Shown one piece after another: positions 34,542-47,095 of a DNA stretch of 64,000 bases. Position numbers and translations under genes: made by a program. The stretch's first letter is position 1; each line of letters opens with the position of its first letter. The notes under the pieces were generated by a model, which saw only the letters and a program-made list of their open reading frames with translations, was not told the origin of the DNA and did no database searches. This stretch comes from Camelus dromedarius (taxonomy: Eukaryota), in the NCBI RefSeq assembly GCF_036321535.1, contig NC_087436.1:120282001-120346000 (forward strand), written 5' to 3'.

Positions 34542-36112
34542 CTGCAGGGAAAAGGAGTGAGTTAAACATGGAACGTGCCGGGCACAGATGAGCAAACCAG
34601 CAGTGGTGCGGGGACTCAGGGCCACACTCCCGCCAGGACAGCCCAGAGGGCATCGGGGGACCAGCAGAGGCGGGGTGGTGTGAGACCCCCGATGGCGGTC
34701 CTGACCCCCACCTCTGTGTGCACACCCCCCAAAGGGCAGCCGATCCCCCTGCAACCTGGACTGGCACCACCTTGACCCTCCAGGGCCTTGGAAGCAAGGC
34801 ACCCCCGTGAGCTCAGTCCTTCTGCATCCAGGACCCAGGTCTTCCCTCTGTAAATACAATAACCGCAGTCCTCCTGTGAACTTGCTTTGAATCCCCTCTG
34901 TGCCTTGGGGACATCAACCTGAATATTGTCACTGGCCCTCCTAAAGCCAGCCACAACCTAGGATGGTTAAGGAGGCGCTGGAAAACCCTGAGGGATGGTC
35001 AGGGCGGGCAGTCAAAGGGCCTGACGGCGGGGCTCCTGGGGCCTGGGCAGGACCACCCACTCCTCATTCATGTCCTCTAAAAGCTCCACAGGGGCCGCCA
35101 TGCAGGACGCGGGGCCCGGGCGGGTCTGCTCGTGCGGAGCTCCAGCCCCGAGATGGCGACAGCCAGGCGAGCGTCCGCCACACATCAAGTGGCAGAGCTG
35201 TGGTCGGGGGATGCCCAGGGGCTGGGGACCAGAGCTCGAGGCGGAGGGGCTACAGGCTGGCGAGAGACTGCCTGGCAGAGAGCACGGTCCATGCAGGGAC
35301 CCCAGCAGCAGGGATCCACTTCCCACCCAGAACCAGCCCGATGAGGTCCAACCCGCTCCCTGACCAGTCACCTGGGACGCCCCACTTGTGGTAGCTGTAC
35401 CAGGCCCCCCTAGGCCCCCAGCCCCCTTCAGACACCCTGAGCCCCCTCCTCTCCCCTGGGAAGCTCCCCACTCCTCTGCCTGCCTCTGTGTCTTTGCCAA
35501 GCGCAGTGACGGTGGCCGACCCCCTGCCTGCCCAGCTCCAAGCAGACACTTTGCTTTCTGAGTGGGGGGTCTCTGCTTAGATGCACATCTTCTAATGCAA
35601 CCCTCCCATCTTGGTCTGGGGTCCCCTGACCTGAGGCTGAGGCAAGGATGGGGTGTCTCTGAGGGACCCCAGGTGGCAGGAGGGAGTGGGGACAGGAGGG
35701 TGAGGCAGGAAGAAGACAGCAAGAATGGTGTGGGGTCGAGCAAGTCACCCCCTCGGATACCCTCCCGGGCGTCACACAGAATGTGCCTCAGATCGCCCCT
35801 CAGAAGCGAGGAGGCAGCGGCGCTGATCCTGCCCCTGTGCCCCGGGGTGAGGGTCCCGCAGAGGCAGAACACCCATCTCCCTTGTCTGGGCTGCCCGGCG
35901 TCTGGGCTGAATGCCTTCCAGGTTTTCGCAGAGGACCAAGCTCAGAAGCCGGGGAGCTGTGGGCGCCTGAGGTGAGAAGTCTGCTGGTGCAGGTGAGCTG
36001 CCCACCTGGCTGGAGCCACACCTGGGCCCAGGGGAGGGGGTGCGGGCCCCGAAAACACCCACCACCTAGGATGCTCCAGACACACCCTGATTCATTGGAG
36101 GGTTAAATGTAT

Positions 36113-36178
36113 TCACACACACACACAGATACACACACGTACACACACAGCTACGCACACACAGACACACACATGCAC
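36113..36178. repeat. Interrupted (CA)n microsatellite
   Basis: CA runs with interruptions. Confidence 0.85.
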
Positions 36179-37380
36179 AGCTGCTGACACCAGCACTGAC
36201 CGAGCATCAGGCCTGGAGGTCCCTTCACCCACGTGAAAACAGAGGAGGTGGATGTCAGACAGGGGAGGGCACTTCTCCACCCAGTGTCCAGCCTGCGCCC
36301 CAGGACCCCAGACCCCCGAGTCCCGGCAGCCCCTGATCTGCAGAGCAGGGCTCCCTCCTCTGCGGTCCTGCCTGTGGTGGGGAGTTGGACCGTGGGCAGC
36401 ACAAAGGAGGGCCTAGGCCACGCTGAGGACGTCAGGCCTTCCAGGAGGAGGCTCTGAAGACCCCAAGGATAGCAGGTGCCTGGGGACAAAAGCCACACTG
36501 CCTAGAGAAGCAGGTGCAGGAAAGGAGGCGCGAAGAAGAATTCGGAGTTGCTGCGGGCACCCCAGGCTCTGCGCCAATGCCTGGCTTGCATTTCCAGAGG
36601 TGCCAGGAAACCAAACAGCAAACTGGACCGTGCAGAGTCCGGCGAGGGCCCCAGAGCTCTGCCTGCCGTCCTGAGCGCTGCGGGGTTACTTCCATTCTGG
36701 GTGAAGTGTCAACAGCAGGCAAGCCCCTCGCTCTTTTTTCTATATAATAATCACAGAAACCGCCTCATCCATGACTTAATGAAATCGGTGGGAGGGGACA
36801 GAGATGGAGGGTGTCCTGGGCGTGAATTCAGGACTCCCCATGCAGAACGAGCCACTGGGCTTGTGGTTTGAAACCTCAGACAGTGCCAGCTCATAGCTGT
36901 GCACCCCCAGGCTGCCCGGGGCTCCCAAGTCACCCCATCCACATCTGAGGCTACACCAAGATTTCGGGGGGTGGAGGGACCAAGATCAACACTGTTACCC
37001 TCTCATCTGTGAGGCACAATGGACCCTGCGCCTCATCTGTCTATGAAGAGACAGGCAAGGTTTTCCACCTGTGGAATCTGGCTCAAACCCAGGAAGAGGG
37101 AACCAGCCAGCCGCCCACGCCCGGGATCCGTGTCAGAGCCCTGGGGGCAGCCGTCCGCCCTCTGCTCAAACCACCCGCCCCAGGAGATGCTAAGACGCTG
37201 GCCCTGCAAGCAGCCCAGAGTCCAGCAAACCGTAAGTGTGCGATATACAATAGCCACTGTCATTTTCAAGAACACACAGCCTGGCATCACCGGTTTCCTG
37301 GAAATATATTTGGTTTTGGGGGAGAGCTGCGTTGTAAGAGGATCCTTCCCGGGGCCTCTGGGTGGTGGGGTGAGAGTGGG

Positions 37381-37415
37381 GTGCTGCCCTCTGGTGGTGG
37401 GAAGTAGACACTGCA
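37381..37415 (-). promoter_or_regulatory. CTCF site: core plus upstream module
   Basis: Minus strand reads TGCAGTGTC-TACTTC-CCA-CCACCAGAGGGCAGCAC. The core matches CCASYAGRKGGCRS exactly. Confidence 0.7.
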
Positions 37416-37844
37416 CAGTGGGGACGGACACCTGTCAGTCCAGGTACCACGCCTGTGCAGGTGTTCCCTCCAGCCCGCATCTGCCTGCTTGGCCCGGGCA
37501 TCACAGCCTGAGACTCCTGTGGATCTGAGGTGCGGGCCTTTTTACACCTCAAGATGGACGTATCCCTTGGACCTCCTGCAGCTGCCCTAGTGGGAGGAGA
37601 GCCCCTTCCTGTAGCTCAGCTACATACATGAGTGCTTCGTAAGGGGGACTGCTCCTCACAGCAGCCAGCAGACTAAGTGCCGTGGTCACTGCTGCTGCCG
37701 CCCAGCGAGTGGACTGGGGCCAGGAGAGGTGCTACTTGGCCATGGTAAGAGGGGACCAGGACCCTCCCATAGCGAGACAGGACAGGAACGGGTCCCTAGA
37801 CAAGGATGGGGCAGTTCTGGCCAGACCTCACTATATAGAGAACG

Positions 37845-38345
37845 ATCAAGAATGAGCTATGAAGCCATGAAAAGACCTGAAGGGACCTCAGATGCATGCT
37901 ACTGACAGAAGCCAGTCTGAAACAGCTACATGCTGTGTGATTCCAACTCTATGACAGTATCAAAACGGTAAAATCATGGAGACAGTGAAAGATCAGTGGT
38001 TGTCAAGGACTGCGGGGGGCAGGGGTGGAGAGGCGGAACACAGGGCATTTTTAGGGCAGAGAAACCACTGCGTATGATACCATGATGGTGGATACACAGC
38101 ATTATACGTTTGTGCAAACCCATATTATGTACAACACCAAGGGTGGCCCCGGATGGAAACTGTGCACGTTAGTTAATAAAAACATATCAACATTGGTTCG
38201 CCAATCATAACAAATGCAAGATGTTAACAGGGGAAGCTGGGGCTGGGGTGGGGTGTATTTGAACTCTACTTTCTGTTTAATTTTTCTGTAAACTGAAAAT
38301 TGCTCTAAGAAATAAAGTCTATTTAAAAAAAAAAAAACTTAAAAG
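37845..38345 (+). mobile_element. L1MC-like 3' end with poly(A), followed by (GA)n to about 38372
   Basis: aatgagctatgaagccatgaaaagac...agaagccagtctgaaa...aataaagtctatttaaaaaaaaaaaaa. Confidence 0.85.
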
Positions 38346-40329
38346 AGAGAGAGAAACAGAGAGAGAGAGAGAGTGAACCAGCACAGCCCAACCTAAGCCT
38401 GGACACAGCAGGCTGGTTTCTCTACAATTTCAGGACTGGCTACAACACTGGGTTTAACAAGTCTCCAACCACGATAATTACATGAAACAGAAAGCCCAGT
38501 GGTAAGGATCATCCCGCGGGGCTGAGACTACTCAATCCCCTGGGATAATGAAGTCCCAGCACGGGCAGCCCGCGGGGAATGAAAGAATGATTATTGGTAA
38601 CAGTAACACGGAGCTCACGTTCACGGTGGGGGGACCTGGTGGGCGCTGCGGCTCCTCCCCTCTAATCTGTCCGGGCACAGTCCTGATCCGCTACCAGGAA
38701 CGGGCCTGGAGGAGCCAGGACAGCGGCCAGCAAGGCCAGGTTTGGACCCGCATCCAGGGGCAGCTGTGTGATCCTGACTGAGCTCCAAGCAGCCTCAGCG
38801 CTCACATCTGTGATCTGGAGGAGGCATTGTTTAGAATCCAGAGAAGTGGAGGAAGCTTCGGGCACAATGCCCGACAGGTGTTGGTTCCCAACAGGTACTG
38901 GCTTCGTCCTCCTGGGTCTCAGGGGGGGCCTGCGACTCGGGGGTGGGGAGGGGCGAGGCTGTCGAGAAGGAGACCTGCAGCAGGGGCGCTCAGCCAGGCC
39001 TGGCTAGGAGGCGGCTCCCACACTCCGCATGGCCACAGCTAGCGTGCCCTCTGGCGCAGATGTTTCTTTAGACTGTTTTTCTAGATACGGAGTTAATGGC
39101 ACAAGGGCCTTAGGGGTCCATCTCCCCTGCCCTCAGGACACCCTGTACAGGTCGTGTCTGGTTCAGGAAAAGGCCCGGGCCTCTCTTGCCACCCTCCCAA
39201 GCATTATGTGTTGGAAAATCAAGCCAAGTCACGCGTGAGCATTCCCATCCTAACCTACTTAAGGGTTGACTGCTAATTATAACCAGGAGCCAGGAAGTGG
39301 CTCTCTGGAGCTGGCTCATTCTCACCAAGGTCGTCAGCAGTCTGACCCATCCAGCCGGCTGTCAGGGTCTCAGGCTGTCCCTGCCCAGCCAGTCCTGTGT
39401 GACTCTTCAAGCGCCTGTCTTCCACCCAGTAAAGATGCAGTGGTACCCACTCCCTGCCAAGCTCTGACTGGCAGGGGCCGAGGGTGAGGCAGACAAGGTC
39501 CCTGCCCCGAGGAGCTCACACTTAAGGGCACGGAGATGGGGACAGATGTGGAAACCCCACGCACCGATGCCTGAACCCCAGGCACAGGGACACTCATTCT
39601 GGGACCCACCCACAGCCTGTTTGACTAATTACACGATCAAATGGCAAGGACCCCACTGGGATGTCATCTCCCTGTGAAGCTGTTCCCATGACACCTGGGA
39701 AGTGACCCAGCCCTCTTCCGAGTCCCCGCAAGTGTGGCCTCTGGTTCCCCTGGGGAGCCCAGTGTGTGCGCCTGAGCCCTGGACCTGCCTCACGGCCAGC
39801 GTAGAGCTCTGCTCTGTCTGAGGTCTAAGAACTGGGCTCAGGGCTTCAGCGCACACGTCTGTAGAGGGAATTGATTAAGCGAAGTGCCTCATATTTCCAA
39901 CCGGCCAATGTCCACACGTACTCTCAGCACTTCTGTTGGCCCCAGACCAGGTCCTCCTGGGTGCTGACCCACCGTGGTCCTCATGCCCGGCCCAGGGCTG
40001 GCCGGGGGCGGCAGAAGCGGGTGGCTGAGCTGAACCTCCTCCCCTGCTAACCCTGCGGTGCTGAGCGTCTTCTAAGAATGTCTGTCTCCTCTGAAGGCTC
40101 CACGCCTGCCTGGCTCACCCTCGGAGGCCCAGCCCCCAGCCCAGAGCCTGGCACCTAGTAGGTGCTTAGTGGATCAGATGAATACCACAACCTTTTCGCC
40201 TGCATCTGTCTCCCACTCCCCACAGCATCTGCACTCCCCACACCTCAGCATCTCCCACGTGTCCCCTAAACCTTCTGGAAATCTTTCTCTGCACTCATCC
40301 CTCTCAGCCCCTCAAAGGGGCTTCTGAAC

Positions 40330-40857
40330 AACTCTGGTGAGCGACTATACTTTCAAAGATGGCTGAACACCAGTCCCGCCCACAGGCTCTTCTCCAGTTT
40401 GCCTCTGATACTCCTCCCACTAAGCAGTGGGTTCTGAGACCCTCCTCGAAACTGGGTGGACCTTTGCCACTGCCCCGACCGACAGAGTATGACGGAAGCA
40501 GCGCCGTATGGCTTCCAGGCCAGGTCATAACGCCGCAGACGTTGGCCGGGCTTTCGTAGGGTGCTCATTTTTGGAACCCAGCAACCATGCTGTGAGGAAG
40601 CCCAGACTCCCCTGTACGTCCCAGACACGCGAGCAAACATACCTCCCGAGATTCCAGGCCCCGGGCCCCGAGTCACCCCAGCCTTTAGGTCTTCCCAGCT
40701 GAAACCAGTGACACTGTGGGAACAAGGAAATGTGTAAACACTCCCTCTGTGCCCTTTCTGAATCTCTGACCCTCAGGACTCCTGAGTGTAACAGAATGGT
40801 TGTTCGATGCCATGAAGGTTTGGGGTGGTCTGTTGCACAGCCATAGAAAACCCAAAT
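40330..40857 (+). mobile_element. MaLR (MLT1F/G/H-like) LTR
   Basis: tcaaagatggc...ccatgctgtgaggaagcccag...tttggggtggtctgttgcacagccataga. Confidence 0.7.
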
Positions 40858-41064
40858 GCCACCCCAACCATCACCCCAGCACCCCTCCCCAGGTACATGG
40901 CCTCCCTCCCACCTCTGCACCTGCCCTGCCTGAGGTTTGCTCCAGAACTACCCAAAGACAGTAAAATCCCTGCCTCCACAGCCAAAGTCCTAGCAGGAAG
41001 CACCTGCAGTTTTGATCCAGGAAAGGAAGCACCCAAAATCTGGTGTGACCTTGCCTGGAGTCTT

Positions 41065-41200
41065 CACAGCCACCCTAGGATGTGGACATTCTTATTCCCA
41101 TTTGGCAAAGCTAGAAACTGAGCTCAGGTAGTTAAACTAACGAGCCCAAAGCCACACAGCCAGGAGGGGCAGAGCTAGGATTCAACCCCGGGTCAGTCTC
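41065..41200 (-). mobile_element. MIR SINE
   Basis: ttattcccatttgg...gaaactgagctcag...gcccaaagccacacagcca...aggattcaacccc. Confidence 0.65.
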
Positions 41201-43561
41201 CCTCCCACTGCTCCACCCCTGCTCACAAGGCAGGTGCAGCCCATGCCCAGCCTCCACCTGCTGCAGGCTGTGCCCACTGCAGCTCTACCCACAGCAGGCT
41301 CCGCCCACAAAGGCTCCACCCACCAGTCGCCCCCCCCCCCCGCAGCCCCGCCCACTGCAGCCTCCCACCGGGGATCCTCAGGCGTACCTGGGCTCCACCC
41401 ACCTCCCCTTGCTCTTCCAGAAGACCGTTCCTCCTGCACTGTGATCACTTTGCTCCCTGCAGGCATGACCCAGCAGCTCGGAGCTCTCTCTGCCCTGGAA
41501 CCTGAGTCTGGTTCCAGAAACTGGTCCTGCTTGCTCCAAATTCAACCAGGGCTGTCCCAGCCAGTTCCCATGCGGATAGCTCACCTAAGTCCCCCAGGCG
41601 CCTGGGGCACAGCTGCTCAGCCCAGGGAAGGATGCCAGGTCAGACTGCAGGCCAGCTGTCCCCAGCCCCAGTGAACAAGGGCAGAGCTCGCATGGAGTCA
41701 AAGAGGGGAAAACTCCAGATTCCTGCTTCACCCAGAGACCCCCCCATAGCCAGACATGATCACCCTGCCATGACCAGGAAGAGGAGCCACCATGGATTGC
41801 CTTAACTAGGAGGCTTGTTAATGTCCAGCCAGTGAGGGCAATGGAGGCCAGCTCTGCCGGCTCTGGGCCAAGAGCTCTGGGTGGCCATTCACCCAGGGCC
41901 TCGCCCATCGCAGCTGTGCAGTGCTCCATGGTGTAGGGGGGCTCAGACAGTGCAGGCAGGATGCCGGACACTAAGCCAGGCCACAGCAGGAACTCGCCAC
42001 GTGGCCCCCAGGGCCTAGAGCATCTTTGGACACCGACCTGGTGTCCCAGATAGATTCCAGAGATGTGGGCACACAGTTCCAGAAAAACACCCTGACGCTC
42101 ATGTCCAGAGGCCCTGAGCAGGAGCTGGCCGCTGGGAGACATCCTGCAGTCCTAGGCAGGCCCCTATCTTACTGGACAAGCTGGAGTAGACCCCTTAGAC
42201 GCTCCCCCACCCCCACCAGCCCAGGGTCTAATCTGATTTGGCTTCTCAAGTCTCAAGTGTCTGAGAAATTCTCCGTTTTGACCCAGTGGGAGTGTGTTCC
42301 CTTAAGTCCACAGGGCTCATGGCAAGGGGACAGCCAGGACGATGGAGCCCCCAGGACAAGCTTCCCAAGTTGGCAAGGTGGCAGGATCTGGGAGGGTGGC
42401 CTTGAGCCCAAGCATGTGCTGCATCCTCCTCTCAGGTCCCTTCCCGGCTCAGTAACCTTGCATGGCTCCCCACAGAACACAGCTCAGTCCCCAGAGCCAC
42501 CACCAAGCCTCTGAGCCCAGTGTCCACCGGGTTCCCTGACTTACCTCCCACTGGCCCATGATCCCAGACTCTCTCACAAAGCTGTCCTCTGAGGTCCCAG
42601 CACCAGCTCTGGCTCCCGCTGCCTCCTCTCCTGGGAGTGCTGTGCTTGCCCACTCCACCCGTGGAAGCCTGACTCATCCTTCAAGGCCCCCGTCCAGTGC
42701 CTCCTGTGTGCCCAGCCACCATGCGCTGAGTGTCCCTCACACACAATGACCCTGTGAGAATATGTACCTATTTTACAGATGTGAAAACCGAGGCTCAGCA
42801 GGTGAGGGGACTTACCCATCATCCCCCTGGGCCACTGATGGTGTGACCTTGAACAAGTCAGGTCACCTCTCCAAAATGGTGAGTGAGTTTCTGACTTTCA
42901 GGTGACGCTCTGGGCTCCCCAGTTGGAGACTCCACTAGAGACTCATGTCTGCTTGTGGGTCCCCCTAATGATCAGCGCTGGCCCGGGGACAAATGACCCA
43001 CTTCACCTAGACTGTCCTGGGAGCTGCTTACTATCCCAGCGGAATCTTTTCTCCAAGATACCTCAGTTTGGGAAAGGAATCCAGGGCCCTCCCTGCCTAC
43101 AATGGGGGTGTTGATGCTTGGGTCCTTTTCTGGTTGGTCAGGACCCCAAGACCAACCACCCCCATGTGGGAGAGGTGGGGGATTTGCAGGTGGATAAACT
43201 CCACCGAAAGGCCAGTGAGTCTGAAGGGATTTCTAGCTAAGCAAGAAGAGCTTGGCCTCTAGATTCCAGCCAATTTAGCTCAGACCCACAGGTGCCTATG
43301 AGGTGGGCTTGGGTCCCTGAAGTCCCAAGACTCTTCCTGTCCTGAGGCTTTGGACAAAGTCACTCACAGCCACAAAATGGGCTCAGCCCACAGAGCGATG
43401 GCCATGGGGTCGCCAGCAGCCTCACTGAGCCTGAAATGAGCCTCTTACTTGGGGAGGGGGGGGCTCGGCAGGGAAAGGAAACCACTGAGTCGGCCACACC
43501 TCCCTTACTCTCGGAGTGTGAGCCATAAAAGGGGTCCTATGAGGCCAGAAACGAACCTGTC

Positions 43562-43920
43562 TATGATGGGTTGAATTGGGTCCCCCCAAACTCATATGCT
43601 GGAATCCTAACCCCCCAGCATCCCAGAATGTGACCTGATTTGGAGAGAAGGAATCAAGTTAAGGGGAGCCCATTAGGGTGGGTCCTGGCCCATCACGACT
43701 GTGTCCTTAAGTACAGGGCGGATGAGGGCTCAGAGGTGTGCGGAGGGGAGAGATGCGGAGACACAGGGACAGGGCGGCCGTCCGCAAGTCAGGGCGAGAG
43801 CCGCCCCTCGCTGCCCTCAGCAGGAGCCCACACTGGTGACGCCTCAGTTTCAGACTTCTGGCCTCCAAAACTGCGAGAGAAATGCCCGCACTACTTTTTA
43901 CAGCAGCCCCAGGAAACCAG
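43562..43920 (+). mobile_element. MaLR (MLT1A-C-like) LTR
   Basis: tgggttgaattgggtccccccaaactcatatgctggaatcctaacccc...agaatgtgacctgatttgga...cagacttctggcctccaaaactgcgagagaaat. Confidence 0.8.
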
Positions 43921-44658
43921 TCCGCAGTCCCTGTGGAAGAAAGAGCGGGAGGCCCAGGACTGCCCGCTCCCCACTCGAAGCCTGTTTTCCATCTGCAGAG
44001 CGACAGTGGCGCTGCCCAGGGCGGGGCTTTGTGAGCTGGCACGTGATGGGGTCCCGGCGGGGGTGGTGTGTGCTGGGGGGCGCAGTTCCTTCCAGAGGCA
44101 GAAGCTGGGAGGAACGTGGCAGTGAGCAGACCCCCGGAAGCTCAGGCTGGCCACAGGGGCGCCCAGCTGCCTTCAGCTGCAGCCTCTGGCAGCGCCTAGG
44201 CCTCTCCAAGCCCCCAGCAGCTGGCCCGGGCGCCCTCGCCGCCCGCGCCCCCCAGGGGGTGTTACTTCATCACCGGAAGAGCAGTCCTTCCTGACCAGAG
44301 ACGTGTCGAAGTTCTCATGGGTGGCATTCCGGAAGGCCAGGGCTTAGTGGGCATGGGAGCCCGTCCCCTCCCCCTGCACAGGGAAAACACAACTGGCCGG
44401 CTGGCTGGGGCCAGGCCGGGACCAGGGCCTGGGGCTCATGTCACCTTGCCGTGGGCCAGAGCGGCCACCACTGGACCAACCAGTGACCTCATCTGGGTCT
44501 TCAGCGTCTTACCCATCGTACCCCTGGGCTACCGATGGTGCGATCTTGAACAAGTCAGGTCACCTCTCCAAAATGGTGGTGAGTTTATTGGGCACACAAC
44601 AGAGGCCCGATAAATGTTCCTTAAATCTAACGGGAAACAAGATGCATCCGGTGACTCA

Positions 44659-45040
44659 CAGTGCCTGGTGCCCTGTGAGGTGGTCAGTCTGAGTGACAGT
44701 GCCCGGTGCCCTGCGGGGTGGTCATTCTGAGTGACAGTGCCCGGTGCCCTGTGGGGTGGTCAGTCTGAGTGACAGTGCCCGGTGCCCTGTGGGGTGGTCA
44801 TTCTGAGTGACAGTGCCCGGTGCCCTGCGGGGTGGTCAGTCTGAGTGACAGTGCCCGGTGCCCTGCGGGGTGGTCATTCTGAGTGACAGTGCCCGGTGCC
44901 CTTCGGGGTGGTCAGTCTGGGTGACAATGCCCAGTGCCCTTCGGGGTGGTCAGTCTGGGTGACAGTGCCCGGTGCCCTGCGGGGTGGTCAGTCTTGGTGA
45001 CAGTGCCCAGTGCCCTGCGGGATGGTCAGTCTGGGTGACA
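44659..45040. repeat. 38-bp minisatellite (VNTR), 10 copies
   Basis: Unit CAGTGCCCGGTGCCCTGCGGGGTGGTCA(G/T)TCTG(A/G)GTGA, starting at 44659, 44697, 44735 ... 45001. Confidence 0.97.
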
Positions 45041-46744
45041 ACGTCACCTTTCAGCTCCTGTGCACCAACCAAGGGCCAGGCACTCACTGGGCGATTTCCA
45101 CCAGTGACCCTGGTCACAGAGCTGGAAATGGGCACCCAGCACGGCGGGGGCTAGAACCCATGCCTGCAGGGTCCTAAGCCCCAGCTGACAACTCCCACCC
45201 AGAGGGTCTCTGAGGACTGAGCTAATCCTGCCAAGGACCCTCTTTCTCCAGGCCATCTGCCATGGGACACTCGGTGCCAGCCAACTGGGGTACCTGCCAG
45301 TATGCCCCTCTGTGTACACAGGCCAGCTCAGAATCACCAGCTGCCCCACTTCCCACCCAGGCCTCTGAAGATGTGGCTGCAGCCTTGACCTGGGATCCCA
45401 CCCGCCTATCTGGGGGGCCCAGCTGCCCTTTGGTGCGCTGTCAACAAGTCCCAACGCCCTAGAAGAGCCCTTGGCTTTGAGTCCAGCAAGGATGGCATGG
45501 GCGTCTGAGAGGTCACCACACGCCCCCTCGACCTCTCCCCCCATCCCGTGTCCCAGGAGGATTCCGTCCACTGTCTCCATCCTGCTGTGGAAGTCACTTT
45601 TAGTCCATTATCCTGTGCTTCCCGCACCATTTTGAACTGCCCTCTCTTGACCATTTCCCGATGGGCAAGCACAGGTTCCAAGCTTTGAGGCAACTTCCCA
45701 GGCCAGGATGGGAGCCTGGTCTCTCCGGCCCTTACTCTGCCCACTGGGTTGGGGGAAGAGGGGACAGGAGAGGAAGGGAGGGAACCAGCTCTGGGGAGGC
45801 AGGTCCGCCTTGGACCTGACTTGGTGTGTGGCATCTTCCCGAGGGTGACCCTGCTCCGCAAACCTCCTTCCCATCTGCAGCTGTTTTTTCTGACTCCCAG
45901 CAGCCCCAGGACTGCAGGCTTACCCTGCTTGGAAAAAGCACCCATTTCATCTGCCCTGGAGACCCAGCACAGCTCCCAACGCGGCTGGAAGAGCCCTCCG
46001 CTGCCTGAGTCTGGAATTCAGGCTCTCCATCTTCCCTGTCAGCCGGCAGCCCTCACCTGGGGTCTCCAGCCCTGCCTGACCCTCCCCCATGCCTGGCCCC
46101 ATGGCCCCCACACTCCCAGCCCCAGATGCTCGCATGATGCCCAGAGATCCCGGTCCCCCAAGCCACAAAGAGGTTACCTGTGCCCCAGCCTGCAACTCCC
46201 ACGGCGAAATGCTGGTTCTGCTCCAAAATTCAATTGAAAATTCCTCCCCCCTTCTCCTCGAGGTTCAATGCCACGGCTCCTCTGTCCACAGATGAGCATG
46301 TGGTTGGCAGGGAGGCCAAGCCCTGCAACTGTCACGTTTCCCCCACAATATGCAGACGTTAAGAGCCTGTTTAGTGATCTGCACTGGGGACCTCAGTTTG
46401 GGTCTGAGAATCCTTGCCATCAAATCCTCGACCGTGTCAGACACCTCTGCCCACCGGGCTGGGAGGTGGGTGCTGCCTGGACCTGGGATGAGTCTGCCGA
46501 GGCAGTGGGGGAGTGGGGAGTCCCTGCCTGTGCTGGGTGATCCCTGCCTCTGCCTCTCCAGCCGCTGCCCTTTCCCAGGTGGGATGGTCGGGGTTGGGGG
46601 AGGGTAGCAGGTGCAGTGGCCACCCCGTGGCTTCAGGGGAAGGCCCTGGGCAGACATCCGTCCCCAGAGTCCAGCCAGAAACACCCACGCTTCTCCTTCC
46701 TGCCTGGCTGCACACCCCACACACCAACCAGCCAGAGAGGCATG

Positions 46745-46860
46745 ATCACCTCACGCTGCAGGTGGGGAAACTGAGGTTCAGAGATGCTCAGTAACTTGTC
46801 AAGATCACACAGCCTAGAACTGGCCAGGTGGGGACTCAAGCTGGGTCTCCGTGTGACAGG
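46745..46860 (-). mobile_element. MIR SINE
   Basis: gcaggtggggaaactgaggttcagagatgctcagtaacttgtcaagatcacacagc. Confidence 0.7.
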
Positions 46861-47003
46861 ACTGGTTTCCTGTTTCTTCCGACCGTTTTCCCCCTTTAAC
46901 TTTCTGTCCCTGTGCACGCCCTCTTCCTAACCTGCTGGTCCCAGGAAGGCAGCGGTAGCGGGTGCATGTCCTGAGTGTCTAATTAGAACTAGGCGCCCGG
47001 ATT

Positions 47004-47095
47004 GGGGGGCACATAGCTCAGCGGTACAGCACGTGCTTAGCGTGCATGAGGTCCTGGATTCAGTCCCCAGCACCTCTATTAAAAGCAAAATGGAA
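47004..47095 (+). mobile_element. Short vic-1-type SINE with TSD
   Basis: GGGGGGCACATAGCTCAGCGGTACAGCACGTGCTTAGCGTGCATGAGGTCCTGGATTCAGTCCCCAG. TSD agaactaggcgcccggattg (46985-47004) / agaactgggcgtccagattg (47096-47115). Confidence 0.85.

Noticed and set aside
40289..40298. ATGAGTGCAG on the minus strand, matching the expected coding part of exon 1 (M-S-A)
   Set aside because: It is followed by AG rather than a GT donor, and there is no CpG-island promoter. The true exon 1 is probably beyond 64000.
44659..45040. CRISPR-like array (38-bp periodicity)
   Set aside because: Units are head-to-tail with no unique spacers and there are no cas genes. It is a minisatellite in a mammalian intron.
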